Below are positions 24,945 to 34,273 of a stretch of DNA of 38,474 nt, piece after piece. A program made the position numbers and the translations under genes. The notes under the pieces are model-generated. The model saw only the letters and a program-made list of their open reading frames with translations, was not told the DNA's origin and ran no database searches. Source of the stretch: Clostridia bacterium (GTDB lineage Bacteria > Bacillota > Sulfobacillia > DUSP01); NCBI GenBank assembly GCA_012842575.1, contig DUSP01000144.1:1-38474 (forward strand), given 5' to 3'. How positions within the stretch are numbered: the first letter of the stretch is position 1; each line of letters opens with the position of its first letter.

Positions 24945-25332
24945 AAAACCCCGTCCCGCAAAGGGACGGGGTTTTGCCCGTGGTACCACCCTATTTGGCC
25001 TGGGACCATTCTCGCCTATCGCGTTCCGGCTTTTCGTTCCGGTTTCTCGTGTTCCGGCGGTTCATCGCGATCATACCCGCAGAGTCGCTCGCCGGAGCCG
25101 CTCGCCCCTTCCCGAGGCCCGCTCATTTTAGAGTACGGGATCAAAGGGGATTGATCCGATACTCCCTTCCCTGACATAACGGTGGAAGTTCCGTCCGCTC
25201 CTACAAGGCCCGCATGGAGCCCTTCAGGCGACCGCTCCCGGGAGAACTTCGCATCGCCGCGTACCGCCGGGCTTACACTCTCCCCGGCTCGCTTGGGGCC
25301 GCCCGCGACCTACTTTTCCCGTTCAAAGCGTT
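24945..25332 (-). ncRNA. T-box riboswitch, Phe specifier (UUC), controlling aroF
   Basis: Stem I ...GGGAAAAGUAG...AAGCGAG...GAGUGUAA...; specifier GAAG-UUC-U (25246-25244); T-box AAAUAGGGUGGUACCACGG (24996-24978); terminator AAAACCCCGUCCC / GGGACGGGGUUUU (24975-24945). Confidence 0.88.
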
Positions 25333-25557
25333 GTGGGCGCGGTCAATACCGAACCGCTTTACCCAAAGTCGATTTATACAGTTACCTTGCTGCTCACCGA
25401 GTTCGCTCTCGATTCGTGCGCAATGATCGTGCCCGTTTTTCGCACGGCTATTGCTTTGTACGTAAATCTAGCACAAGGGAGTCACTCGAGTCAATAGCCC
25501 GACTTGCCTCATCAAAAATGTAAGCGAAATGGGTCACGCTCCCGCATTCCTGGCCCC

Positions 25558-27594
25558 TCAGGTCGTGCCGTTCTGGGTGCGTGTCGCCCGGCCGCACGCT
25601 GGCAATGTGAAAGCGAACGTCGACCCCTTTCCAACTTCGCTCACGACATACACGCGCCCCCCATGGGCCTCCACGATCTCTTTGACGATGGAAAGCCCAA
25701 GGCCCGTTCCGCCTCCCTCGCGGCTCCGCGACTTTTCGACCCGGTAGAATCGCTCCCATATGTGGGCGAGGTCCTCCGCAGGAATGCCTGGGCCCTTGTC
25801 TTTCACTTCCACCAACACTTCCTTGGCTTCGGCCAATGGCTCGCCTTCATCCGCCGATACCTCCGCGCTCCCGTCCGCCAAGGCCTCCCCGCTCGCGTCC
25901 GCCGACACCTCCCCACTCCCCTCCGCCGGCACTTCCCCATTCCCGTCCGGCAAGACCTCCTCGGCTCTATTTCCCGACGCCTTCTCATTGCCCATGGCCT
26001 CGCCAGCAGGAATGGACGAAAGCCTCACCTCGATGTAGGAACCTCTAGGCGAGAATCGGGTCGCATTGGAGAGGAGGTTTATCAAGACCTGTTCGATGCG
26101 ATCGCGATCTGCCAATGCTTCGGGCAATCCCGGTTCGGTCAAAAGCACCGCGCGTATTCCCTTTGCATCCATCTCAGGCCCCATCTTTTTCAGTACCGTT
26201 TCCGTGACATCCGAAAGGCGTAACGGTTTCATGTTCCAATTGATCTTCCCCGCTTGCAGTAACGACAGTTCGAGGAGATCCTTGATGAGCCTCTCAAGTC
26301 TCAGAGTCTCATCGTATACGGTTTTGAAGTATCGTTCCCGCGTCTTCGCATCCTCCCCGACCCCGTCCATCAAGGCTTCGAGGAACGCCCTTATGGAAGT
26401 CAAAGGCGTGCGAAGTTCGTGAGAAACGTTGGCGATGAAGTCACGCCTCAGTAGGTCGAGGCGTTTGAGTTCGGTGATATCCTGAAGTACGGCCACTGCC
26501 CCGAACCGATCAAGGCCCTCAAGGCCTCGCCCCACGGGGGAGGCGTGCACCACCACATAGGACTTCCCTTCTCCGATAACGAATTCCTCGGTGGCGGGTT
26601 TACCTTCACGGACCACGCGGAGCATCAAATCCCCGAGGCCCGGAAGTACCGCCTCTAAGTCGCTCACAGGTCTTGATAAGTATTGCCCTTTCTGTACACC
26701 CAGCACGCTTTCGGCGCGGGAGTTCATGAGGGTGATACGGGTAACGGCGTCCTGAACCTGAACCATGCTTGACACCCCGCCATCGCGTTCGGGGTTTTCC
26801 TCTACTTCACAGGCCACCACGCCCTCCGCCATGCTAGCTAGAATGCTTTCTATCTTGCCTTTTTCGCTGGCTAGCTCGTTTATGCTCTTGTCCAGGGTAC
26901 GAGTCAAGGAGCTGAACGTCCTCGCAAGATCGCCTATTTCATCATCGGAATATACGGGGACATCTGTCTTGAAATCCCCCTCCGCCATCCGAATGGCGGC
27001 ACGGTTTATGGCTTGGAGCGGGCGCGAAATGGATCTTGAGAAGGCATAACCCAAAAGTAAAGACAATAACGTGGCCCCGAGGGCGGCATAAACGATGAGG
27101 CGCCGCACCGCTACGAGCGCCGATGTCACGCCGGCTACCGGGGAATATAAGAAGAGGGCGCCCACCACCGTCCCCCTGGAGTAAACGGGAACCCCCACCG
27201 CCAGTGTCGGCTCCTGGATTCCTTTGATTGTACCCCGCTTCGCGATTATCGTCCCCCCGAGTACTGCGGATAGCTCTTCGAGGTCAGGGCGCATTCCAGG
27301 TTGTATGCTCCCCGAACTGATGGTTGAACCCACTACCATGCCATCGGCGTTCACTAAAACGATCCTGGCATTGAGTAGCTCGTCGATCCCGGACAAGAGT
27401 AGGTCCAAGCGTGGGTCCGGGAGAAGGCCTGTAAACCACCGAGGCCGTTCCGATCTGCTCACCGCCACGATCAGCCTGCTTATTTGTTGACCCCTGACGG
27501 CGAGCTCCCTCTCTTTTACGCTAAAGTAGTAGTTCGCGAATAATTGAGAAAAGAGAAACCCCACCACCAGGAGGGTGACGGCTATCAGGATCAT
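25558..27594 (-). CDS. Membrane sensor histidine kinase (HAMP, PAS-like, HisKA, HATPase; ResE/PhoR-like)
   Basis: Two TM segments, DEIGDLA, ANVSHELRTPLT, NLLSNA, DKGPGI, ERFYRVEKSR, GTGLGL. Start codon is problematic (see findings). Confidence 0.93.
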   Translation of the reverse strand: MILIAVTLLVVGFLFSQLFANYYFSVKERELAVRGQQISRLIVAVSRSERPRWFTGLLPDPRLDLLLSGIDELLNARIVLVNADGMVVGSTISSGSIQPGMRPDLEELSAVLGGTIIAKRGTIKGIQEPTLAVGVPVYSRGTVVGALFLYSPVAGVTSALVAVRRLIVYAALGATLLSLLLGYAFSRSISRPLQAINRAAIRMAEGDFKTDVPVYSDDEIGDLARTFSSLTRTLDKSINELASEKGKIESILASMAEGVVACEVEENPERDGGVSSMVQVQDAVTRITLMNSRAESVLGVQKGQYLSRPVSDLEAVLPGLGDLMLRVVREGKPATEEFVIGEGKSYVVVHASPVGRGLEGLDRFGAVAVLQDITELKRLDLLRRDFIANVSHELRTPLTSIRAFLEALMDGVGEDAKTRERYFKTVYDETLRLERLIKDLLELSLLQAGKINWNMKPLRLSDVTETVLKKMGPEMDAKGIRAVLLTEPGLPEALADRDRIEQVLINLLSNATRFSPRGSYIEVRLSSIPAGEAMGNEKASGNRAEEVLPDGNGEVPAEGSGEVSADASGEALADGSAEVSADEGEPLAEAKEVLVEVKDKGPGIPAEDLAHIWERFYRVEKSRSREGGGTGLGLSIVKEIVEAHGGRVYVVSEVGKGSTFAFTLPACGRATRTQNGTT
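25840..25960 (-). repeat. Five 24-bp coding tandem repeats inside the kinase HATPase domain
   Basis: EVLPDGNG/EVPAEGSG/EVSADASG/EALADGSA/EVSADEGE; RCYTCC recurs at 25859, 25883, 25907, 25931 and 25955. Confidence 0.88.
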
Positions 27595-27663
27595 GTGAGA
27601 GAAGAAGAGCTTTCCAAACAGGCCCCGAAAAAACGGCCATTTCTTGGCCTTCGTCGTCGTCGC

Positions 27664-28425
27664 TTATACCCTCCCGAGTCGCATATTTGGCGGTTCGAAC
27701 CTGTAACCCGAGCCCCAGACGGTTTTAATGAGACCCCTCTCATCACTCGATTCGACGTCAACATCCCGGTATTCGCCGACGCCACGGTTGGATCCAGTTT
27801 CCGTCTTGAAACCGAGTTTCTCTCTCAACCTCTTTATGTGGGTATCCACGGTTCGGGTGTCGCCAAAGTAGTCGTATCCCCATACCTTTTCCAGGAGCTG
27901 TTCCCGGCTGAACACTCGGCCGGGGTTGCTGGCTAAAAACCACAATAACTCGAACTCCTTTGGGGTAAGGAGGACTTCTTTTTGGTTATAAAACACCCTG
28001 CGCGAAGCCCTGTCAATTTCCAAACCCGGAAAGCGCAATGTTTCCTCAGGGGAAGGCCCCGTATCCGCTCGCCGCAAAACGGCCTTTACCCTCGCCATGA
28101 GTTCCCTGGGACTAAAGGGTTTGGACACGTAATCGTCGGCACCCAACTCAAGACCGAGGACCTTGTCGAATTCCTCGCCTCTGGCCGTCAGCATTATGAT
28201 AGGGACCTGCGATTTGGCCCGGATGCGCCTACATACTTCCCAACCGTCCAGCCGCGGAAGCATCAGGTCCAGAATCACCAGGTCGGGCTTAGTTCGTTCG
28301 AAAGTCGTCAAGGCTTCTTCCCCGTCGGCGGCCTCCTCCACCCCGTATGCGTCACGTTCGAGGTATGCGCGAAGGATTTCGCGTATCTTCTCGTCGTCAT
28401 CGACCACCAGGATTTTCGCGCTCAA
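27664..28425 (-). CDS. OmpR/PhoB-family response regulator
   Basis: ILVVDD, LDLMLP, MLTA, GADDYVSKPFS, LTPKEFELL, RTVDTHIKRLR, TVWGSGY. Confidence 0.96.
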   Translation of the reverse strand: MSAKILVVDDDEKIREILRAYLERDAYGVEEAADGEEALTTFERTKPDLVILDLMLPRLDGWEVCRRIRAKSQVPIIMLTARGEEFDKVLGLELGADDYVSKPFSPRELMARVKAVLRRADTGPSPEETLRFPGLEIDRASRRVFYNQKEVLLTPKEFELLWFLASNPGRVFSREQLLEKVWGYDYFGDTRTVDTHIKRLREKLGFKTETGSNRGVGEYRDVDVESSDERGLIKTVWGSGYRFEPPNMRLGRV

Positions 28426-28697
28426 AGATCGTCACCTTCATGCCATTGGGTAGTGTTAGACGTTAGGTAGTTTTGGGCTTTCGGAAACATGGATGCGCCG
28501 ACACTATTTTATCACTTATCACCCTTGTGCCGGCGCATCTCAGTCATCCGCTATTTTGCCGGACCATTTCCTGAGACCTTTTCCTCGGACCATTGGTCGT
28601 CCCGCATACCGACCTCCGCAGCATATCCGTAATACGGTATATCCGCACGATATGCAGGACCTAGGCGGTACCCCGGATCGTTGTGCGATCTCCGCCT

Positions 28698-29438
28698 TTA
28701 CGAGGGATTATTGTAGCCCCAGGGACAGACTCCAGTACCTGCGCCCATGTTCGGGCCTATGCCTGCACCCATGCCCAAGCCTGCTCCGCAGCCACCTCTG
28801 CCACCGTTACCATTTACCGAAGAATTCGCACGCGCTCTGAGCCCCGCGCCGATCCCGGCTCCCACAGCACCACCACGGTTCTTACGGCCCATGCGGTATC
28901 CGGCACACAGGGTTTCGAGCTTGGCTTTCTGTTCGTCGGTCAGGACGCTCAGCACCTCTTGGCGCTTTTCGGAGACTATGGCTTTAATCTCTTGGGCTAC
29001 CTTGAGGATCTCGGAACGTTTGGCTTCCACGGCTTTTTGGTCCACGTTCGAAGTCAGGTATAGTTGTCTGAGTTCAAACCTGAGCTCCCTCAGTTGATCC
29101 CGCAACTCCTGCGTCTTTGTGTAACACTCCTCACTGATCTTCCGGATACGTTCTGCTTGCTCGTCTGTAAGGCCGATCTGATCCGCAAACTTAGTCAACA
29201 GTCCCCTCGCCCCGACGCCGTACATACTCACGCCGCCTTCTTTTGCGCCCGCTACAGGGCCACCGGGGAGAGAGGCGGCGCTACCCGCAGGAGCATCGAG
29301 GTCGGCGACTGTCATTCGGCCTGCCGCGAGCGTCCCACCTGACGCCACCGTTAGGATAGTGCCGGCCGCCAAGAGCAGCGCCAATCCAAGAGTTGCCACC
29401 GACTTGGAGCTTGGTATCCTGCCGTCTTTTCGAATCAT
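28698..29438 (-). CDS. Spy/CpxP/ZraP-family exported protein with Gly-rich Cys-containing tail
   Basis: Signal peptide; two LTxxQ motifs (GLTDEQ, VLTDEQ) flanking a helical hairpin; AGGAGG RBS. Confidence 0.82.
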   Translation of the reverse strand: MIRKDGRIPSSKSVATLGLALLLAAGTILTVASGGTLAAGRMTVADLDAPAGSAASLPGGPVAGAKEGGVSMYGVGARGLLTKFADQIGLTDEQAERIRKISEECYTKTQELRDQLRELRFELRQLYLTSNVDQKAVEAKRSEILKVAQEIKAIVSEKRQEVLSVLTDEQKAKLETLCAGYRMGRKNRGGAVGAGIGAGLRARANSSVNGNGGRGGCGAGLGMGAGIGPNMGAGTGVCPWGYNNPS

Positions 29439-29681
29439 TTTTGCTGTGCCTCCTTTTAGAGACCATTCTACCCGCCGGGTTTAACGTTCCTGTGTCAAGT
29501 CTTTGAACAAATTCCGAACTCTCACGACTCTCTCCTCGTCCCAGCACAGCAGGGAACCTACGATGGGACGTCGAAGGCCTACTGCTGAAGGCATAATTAC
29601 GCATGGAATAATAACCAGGTAAACCCCGCGGTGAGTGAGATTGGTCTCCATAATACAAAGTAGCAAAAGAGGGTGGGGCTT

Positions 29682-31091
29682 TTGTCGTACACGACGAAGA
29701 GCTCGGAGAGATCGAGCCACGACGAGTTAAGACGAGTGGTCATCATGGGGGCCGCCGGAAGGGATTTTCACAATTTCAACGTAAAGTACCGTAACGATGC
29801 GTCCCATAAAGTCGTTTGCTTCACCGCCACTCAAATCCCCGACATAGAGGGTAGGACTTATCCTCCGGAGCTGGCGGGCGAACTTTACCCCGAAGGCATT
29901 CCGATATTGCCCGAAGATGATCTCCCTAAGATCATCAAAGAGTACGATGTGGACGAAGTGGTCTTCGCTTATAGCGACGTCTCCCACGAGTACGTGATGC
30001 ACCGCGCGTCGGTAGCCTTAGCGTCCGGCTCTGACTTCGTATTACTAGGACCCAAATCCACTATGCTCAAATCGTCAAAACCGGTCATAGCCATAGGCGC
30101 AGTCCGAACCGGCTCGGGAAAAAGCCAGACGACGCGAAAGGTCTGCTCGATCCTAAAGGATTTAGGGCTTAGGGTTTCCGTGGTGAGACATCCGATGCCC
30201 TATGGTGATCTCAGGAAACAGATCTGTCAGCGCTTCGAAACATATGCCGACTTGGACAAGTACGAATGCACCATCGAAGAAAGGGAAGAGTACGAACCCC
30301 ACATAGACAGGAAGTGTATAGTGTGGGCGGGTGTGGACTACGAGCTCATCTTACGGTCGTCGGAACGCGAGTCCGATGTGGTGGTTTGGGACGGCGGCAA
30401 CAACGACTTCCCCTTTTATGAACCCGACCTTTTCATAGTGGTGGCAGATCCCCATCGCCGCGGGCATGAAACCACCTATCACCCGGGAGAAACCAACCTT
30501 CTCATGGCCGACATCATTATCATCAACAAAGTGGACACCGCCGACCCGGCCGATGTCGAAGCCCTTCGTGAGACCATAAGAACGGTAAACCCGCGCGCCC
30601 GCGTGATCGAGGCGGCTTCACCCATCCAGGTGTCAAATCCCGATGCCATCCGGGGCAAACGCGTCCTCGTCATCGAAGACGGACCCACCCTGACGCACGG
30701 CGGTATGTCATACGGCGCAGGCGTGATAGCCTCAAAGAGAACGGGAGCGGCAGAACTGATCGACCCGCGGCCCTTTGCCGTCGGAAGCATACGGGAGGCA
30801 TATGAGCGCTACGGGAACATAGGTCCCCTCCTGCCCGCAATGGGATACAGCCGACATCAGATACGTGAGCTCGAAGAGACCATAAATAGAGCCCCGTGTG
30901 ACGTCGTGGTAAGCGCCACTCCCATCGACATCACGAGGGTGGCTCGCATAGAAAAACCCGTGATCCGCATAACGTACGAACTCGAAGAAAGAACCCAGCC
31001 GGGGCTTTCGGAGATCATTCGGTCTCTTGTGGAGAAAGACATGTCGAAACAGCCGCCAAAACCCTCGAAGGTACCGGAGGACAGCCTTTGA
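29682..31091 (+). CDS. COG2403 P-loop protein (cDPG-synthetase-like 'GTPase'; arginine synthetase ArcE-like)
   Basis: IMGAAGRDFHNFN, FTATQIPDIEGR.YP.ELAG.LYP.GIPI, AVRTGSGKS, RHPMPYG, TIEEREEYE, WDGGNND, EDGPTLTHGGM; TTG 29682 after GAGGG (GTG 29673 is an alternative). Confidence 0.85.
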   Translation: MSYTTKSSERSSHDELRRVVIMGAAGRDFHNFNVKYRNDASHKVVCFTATQIPDIEGRTYPPELAGELYPEGIPILPEDDLPKIIKEYDVDEVVFAYSDVSHEYVMHRASVALASGSDFVLLGPKSTMLKSSKPVIAIGAVRTGSGKSQTTRKVCSILKDLGLRVSVVRHPMPYGDLRKQICQRFETYADLDKYECTIEEREEYEPHIDRKCIVWAGVDYELILRSSERESDVVVWDGGNNDFPFYEPDLFIVVADPHRRGHETTYHPGETNLLMADIIIINKVDTADPADVEALRETIRTVNPRARVIEAASPIQVSNPDAIRGKRVLVIEDGPTLTHGGMSYGAGVIASKRTGAAELIDPRPFAVGSIREAYERYGNIGPLLPAMGYSRHQIRELEETINRAPCDVVVSATPIDITRVARIEKPVIRITYELEERTQPGLSEIIRSLVEKDMSKQPPKPSKVPEDSL

Positions 31092-32355
31092 CGAAGGCTC
31101 GGCCCTTGCCGCACTTATAGGCCTTCGCCGTACAATTCCCGATCATCACCGCCTTTTCACAACCGGGGTGGTCGCCCGCACCGCGGCCCACCGCGATGAC
31201 TAGGTTTTCATTACGCTCTTTGGGTAAATAGGACCGTAAGAAGGATACAACGGTTGACGAGCACCCGCTACATGCCTGGTCAGCTATTATCGTGACCCCA
31301 GGGTAGACTTGGCCCATCAGGTCGGGGGTGGCCCTCGTAAACCTGCGTCCAAGGCGCATCCAATCAGAGGGCCATACTTCACAACAGCCCACATTCGGCG
31401 GACCCAATCCTTTTTCCGCGCACAGCGTAAGATGAGGGATCTCCGCCGGTTCGAACCCCATCAAGGAGGCCGCGACGAAGTCCGCTGCCAACAGGTTGTG
31501 GGATGCGATGACCGTATCCATCCTCACCGGTGAACCTCCCCCGGGCCCGAAACCTTCCATGCCAAAGGTTCCATCCACCAGGGCAAATGTCGGAACGAGC
31601 CCGCGGAACGCCGAAAAGATGTCAGCGATAGCTTTATCGAGGGTATGATAGGTTTCATCGCCAGTATGAGTTTGATCTTCACCCAGACCCACTGCCTGCC
31701 CCGATTGACGCATTCCCTCCGCTGCCGGACCCCTTTCGGGCTCCGGCAGCGCGTCTTTCGCCTCCATCAACTGATGCATCCGTATCTTCTCGCGCCTCGG
31801 GAGGCAGCCCTTCAGGTTCTTTACGGACAAGGTGGCCCCGGTATACATATGGGTCTTCATGACCGGTATGGAAACCACGAGGTCAAAGTCGCCGACACAG
31901 GAAGAAACGGCAACGGAGTCGATTATGAGCGGCCCGGGAACCGGCACCCAAACTGGCGGGAAGGCGTCCATATCAAGGACCTCTATCCCTTCCTCTCTCG
32001 CCACTTTCAACAAACCCGACCTCTCCAAGGACTCAAGCGTATCGACCCCGGTTATGGCCCCTTCACCCATGACCACCTCCGAGGCTTGAGCTTTCTTGAA
32101 AAACCTAATGGCTCCGCGAAGGACTTCCGGATTCGTCGCAACGGCGGACCCCGGTTCCCCCATGAAGCCGGCGTTGGGCTTGAGGAGTACTTTTTTGCCA
32201 CGTGTGACTACTTTGCCGCCTTCAAGTCCGTTTGCCGCCCCAAAAAATGCCAGTTCGAGGGCGTTTTCGGCTATTTTGGAGTGATCGGTACCGTGCACCA
32301 CCCATACCGAGTACATCGCTTCGCATTGCGCCACACTTTCAGTTGTCCGCTTCAT
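31015..32355 (-). CDS. DUF362-domain protein with C-terminal Cys-rich putative Fe-S domain
   Basis: VLLKPN, TNPEV, IPVMKTH, TLSVKNLKG, GMEG.GP; C-terminal ACSGC, IGNC, GCPP. Confidence 0.87.
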   Translation of the reverse strand: MKRTTESVAQCEAMYSVWVVHGTDHSKIAENALELAFFGAANGLEGGKVVTRGKKVLLKPNAGFMGEPGSAVATNPEVLRGAIRFFKKAQASEVVMGEGAITGVDTLESLERSGLLKVAREEGIEVLDMDAFPPVWVPVPGPLIIDSVAVSSCVGDFDLVVSIPVMKTHMYTGATLSVKNLKGCLPRREKIRMHQLMEAKDALPEPERGPAAEGMRQSGQAVGLGEDQTHTGDETYHTLDKAIADIFSAFRGLVPTFALVDGTFGMEGFGPGGGSPVRMDTVIASHNLLAADFVAASLMGFEPAEIPHLTLCAEKGLGPPNVGCCEVWPSDWMRLGRRFTRATPDLMGQVYPGVTIIADQACSGCSSTVVSFLRSYLPKERNENLVIAVGRGAGDHPGCEKAVMIGNCTAKAYKCGKGRAFVKGCPPVPSRVLAAVSTCLSPQETE

Positions 32356-33784
32356 TTCTACCCAATCCCTCTACGAGCTCCTGTACCCTCTTTGGCGGGG
32401 GCGAAGTGACCAGGCTTACTACGACCAGTAAGACTCCCGATATCACCACCGCGGGTATCGTCATGTGCATCCAAGTGTGAAGACCTAACTGAAACCATAG
32501 AGCCGTTCCTATAAATCCACCGACGAGCCCGGCGATTGCTCCCTCACGTGTGGCCCTTTTCCAGTAGAGACCTAAAACCAATATGGGCGAAAAGACGGAT
32601 AAGCCGCCCCAGGCCCACCAATTCACCCATAAAATGCCCGCAAACGGCCGAAGAGCGATTGCGAGCGCGGCCGCGCCCACGACGAGGGTAATGATCCTAC
32701 TCATCACGAGGAGCTCTCTGTCCGAGGCCTTTCCGCGCTTCAGCACTTTGTTGTAGAAGTCCTGGACGACGGCCGTGGTAGATGAGTGTAAAAGGGCATC
32801 AGCCGTAGACATTATGGCGGCCATGACGGCGGCCATAAATATCCCTACGACGGCCTTCGGGGTATAAGTCATGAACAACCTGAGAAACGTGTATTCCGGG
32901 TTATCGATTTTGGGGAAGAGAGTCCTCGCAGCCAGTAATGCGAGGAAGCTTCCCGCCAACATCGTGAGGGACATCCCACCGGCGATGGCGGCAGCCGGTC
33001 TTGCGGTTTTCCCCGACTTCATCCCCATGAACATCATGGCGATATGGGGTTGTCCGGGGTAACCCAAAATACCTGCACCCAACAAGCCTATGGCCGTCGG
33101 TAGGGCTAGTGCCGGCGACAGCAATTCAGGTGCTTGTGACCTCAAGGAGGCGATCATGCCTCCGAATCCGTTCGCTTTTACAAGCCCCACGATGAGACCC
33201 ACAACCACTATGGCTATCATGATTATTCCCTGTATGGTATCGGTGATGGTGACGGATATCAGACCGCCGCACGAAGTGTACGCGATCACCACCAAGGCGC
33301 TTATGAGCATAGATGTCACCTTGGGCCAACCCAGCATCACGTAAAACGCAGCGCCCGCTGCCATAATTTGGCTGGCGGTGTATACTATCATACAGATGAA
33401 AATGATGACGACCGTGATGCTCCTGATGATACGCTTGTCCTCGTCGTAATACCTGGCCTCGAGCACGTCCGGAATGGTGCGCGAGCCCGTGAGACCACTG
33501 AATACTCTCAATCGTTTCGCCAAGACGAGAAAGTTTGTGATGGGGGCAAATCCTGAGGAGAATACGGTGTAAATGGCTTTAAGGCCCATCCCGTAGACCA
33601 TACCCGCCCATGCCAGGAAAAGCCAACCGCTCAAGGCCGCCGCCTGATGTGATATGGCCACGATAAAGGCGCCAAGCCGCCTACCCGCAAGGAAGAAATC
33701 GTCGGCAGATTTCACTTTCCTCGAAGCGTATACGCCGAGGAGTATCATGCCGACCATGTAAGCGACCAATACTGCTAGTACCAC
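32339..33784 (-). CDS. Sodium:solute symporter (SSS/PutP-like)
   Basis: DFFLAGRRLG, SGW, YTSCGGLISVTITDTIQG, GYPGQPH, AAIMSTAD, LYWKRAT.EGA. Confidence 0.94.
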   Translation of the reverse strand: MVLAVLVAYMVGMILLGVYASRKVKSADDFFLAGRRLGAFIVAISHQAAALSGWLFLAWAGMVYGMGLKAIYTVFSSGFAPITNFLVLAKRLRVFSGLTGSRTIPDVLEARYYDEDKRIIRSITVVIIFICMIVYTASQIMAAGAAFYVMLGWPKVTSMLISALVVIAYTSCGGLISVTITDTIQGIIMIAIVVVGLIVGLVKANGFGGMIASLRSQAPELLSPALALPTAIGLLGAGILGYPGQPHIAMMFMGMKSGKTARPAAAIAGGMSLTMLAGSFLALLAARTLFPKIDNPEYTFLRLFMTYTPKAVVGIFMAAVMAAIMSTADALLHSSTTAVVQDFYNKVLKRGKASDRELLVMSRIITLVVGAAALAIALRPFAGILWVNWWAWGGLSVFSPILVLGLYWKRATREGAIAGLVGGFIGTALWFQLGLHTWMHMTIPAVVISGVLLVVVSLVTSPPPKRVQELVEGLGRNEADN

Positions 33785-33833
33785 TGCTTCGAGCCTCCCG
33801 TTCTACCGTATTAACCTGCTCTTATCGCTTGTT

Positions 33834-33900
33834 TGCCGTGATGTGCCATTAAGTGCTGTGATGTACTGTACCTTGGTGCCGTGATGTACTATATACCTTA
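33834..33900. repeat. Three degenerate TGCYGTGATGTRC direct repeats upstream of the SSS gene
   Basis: Copies at 33834, 33854 and 33877. Confidence 0.8.
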
Positions 33901-33908
33901 AGATACAT

Positions 33909-34133
33909 TTAGGATTCTTGGCTGGAGAATTCTTGGCTGACTTTCTCGCTTCTACTGCCGCTTTTTCCTATCTCACTTCCCCCCTTAGCGTTTTCCGAAG
34001 ACGTGCCCCACGGTATGAAGTAGGTAATGGCCGAAATCATGTAAAAAATAGAACCTGTCAGAGTGAGAATGCCTCGCAAATCCTCTTTCTTGGGTAACTG
34101 TTTTGGACTCACGCTAAAACCCCCGTTCACCAC
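33909..34133 (-). CDS. Small hypothetical single-TM protein preceding the SSS gene
   Basis: One hydrophobic segment GILTLTGSIFYMISAITYFIPW; operon orientation; start uncertain. Confidence 0.4.
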   Translation of the reverse strand: MVNGGFSVSPKQLPKKEDLRGILTLTGSIFYMISAITYFIPWGTSSENAKGGSEIGKSGSRSEKVSQEFSSQES

Positions 34134-34273
34134 TTATACTCCGATACGATGAGCCCATGCGGGTCATACCAATCGGCCTTTTGCCCTTTTCTTTCGCACC
34201 AACAATTTATTCCGAACGGGGGTTTCCTGTTAACAGATAACGGACTCCATAAAACCCGAATCCCGAAACGGGA

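Noticed and set aside
29465-29510. SigmaA promoter or response-regulator boxes upstream of the Spy-like gene
   Set aside because: TTGACA and TAGAAT are 22 nt apart and the candidate direct repeats are too degenerate to call.
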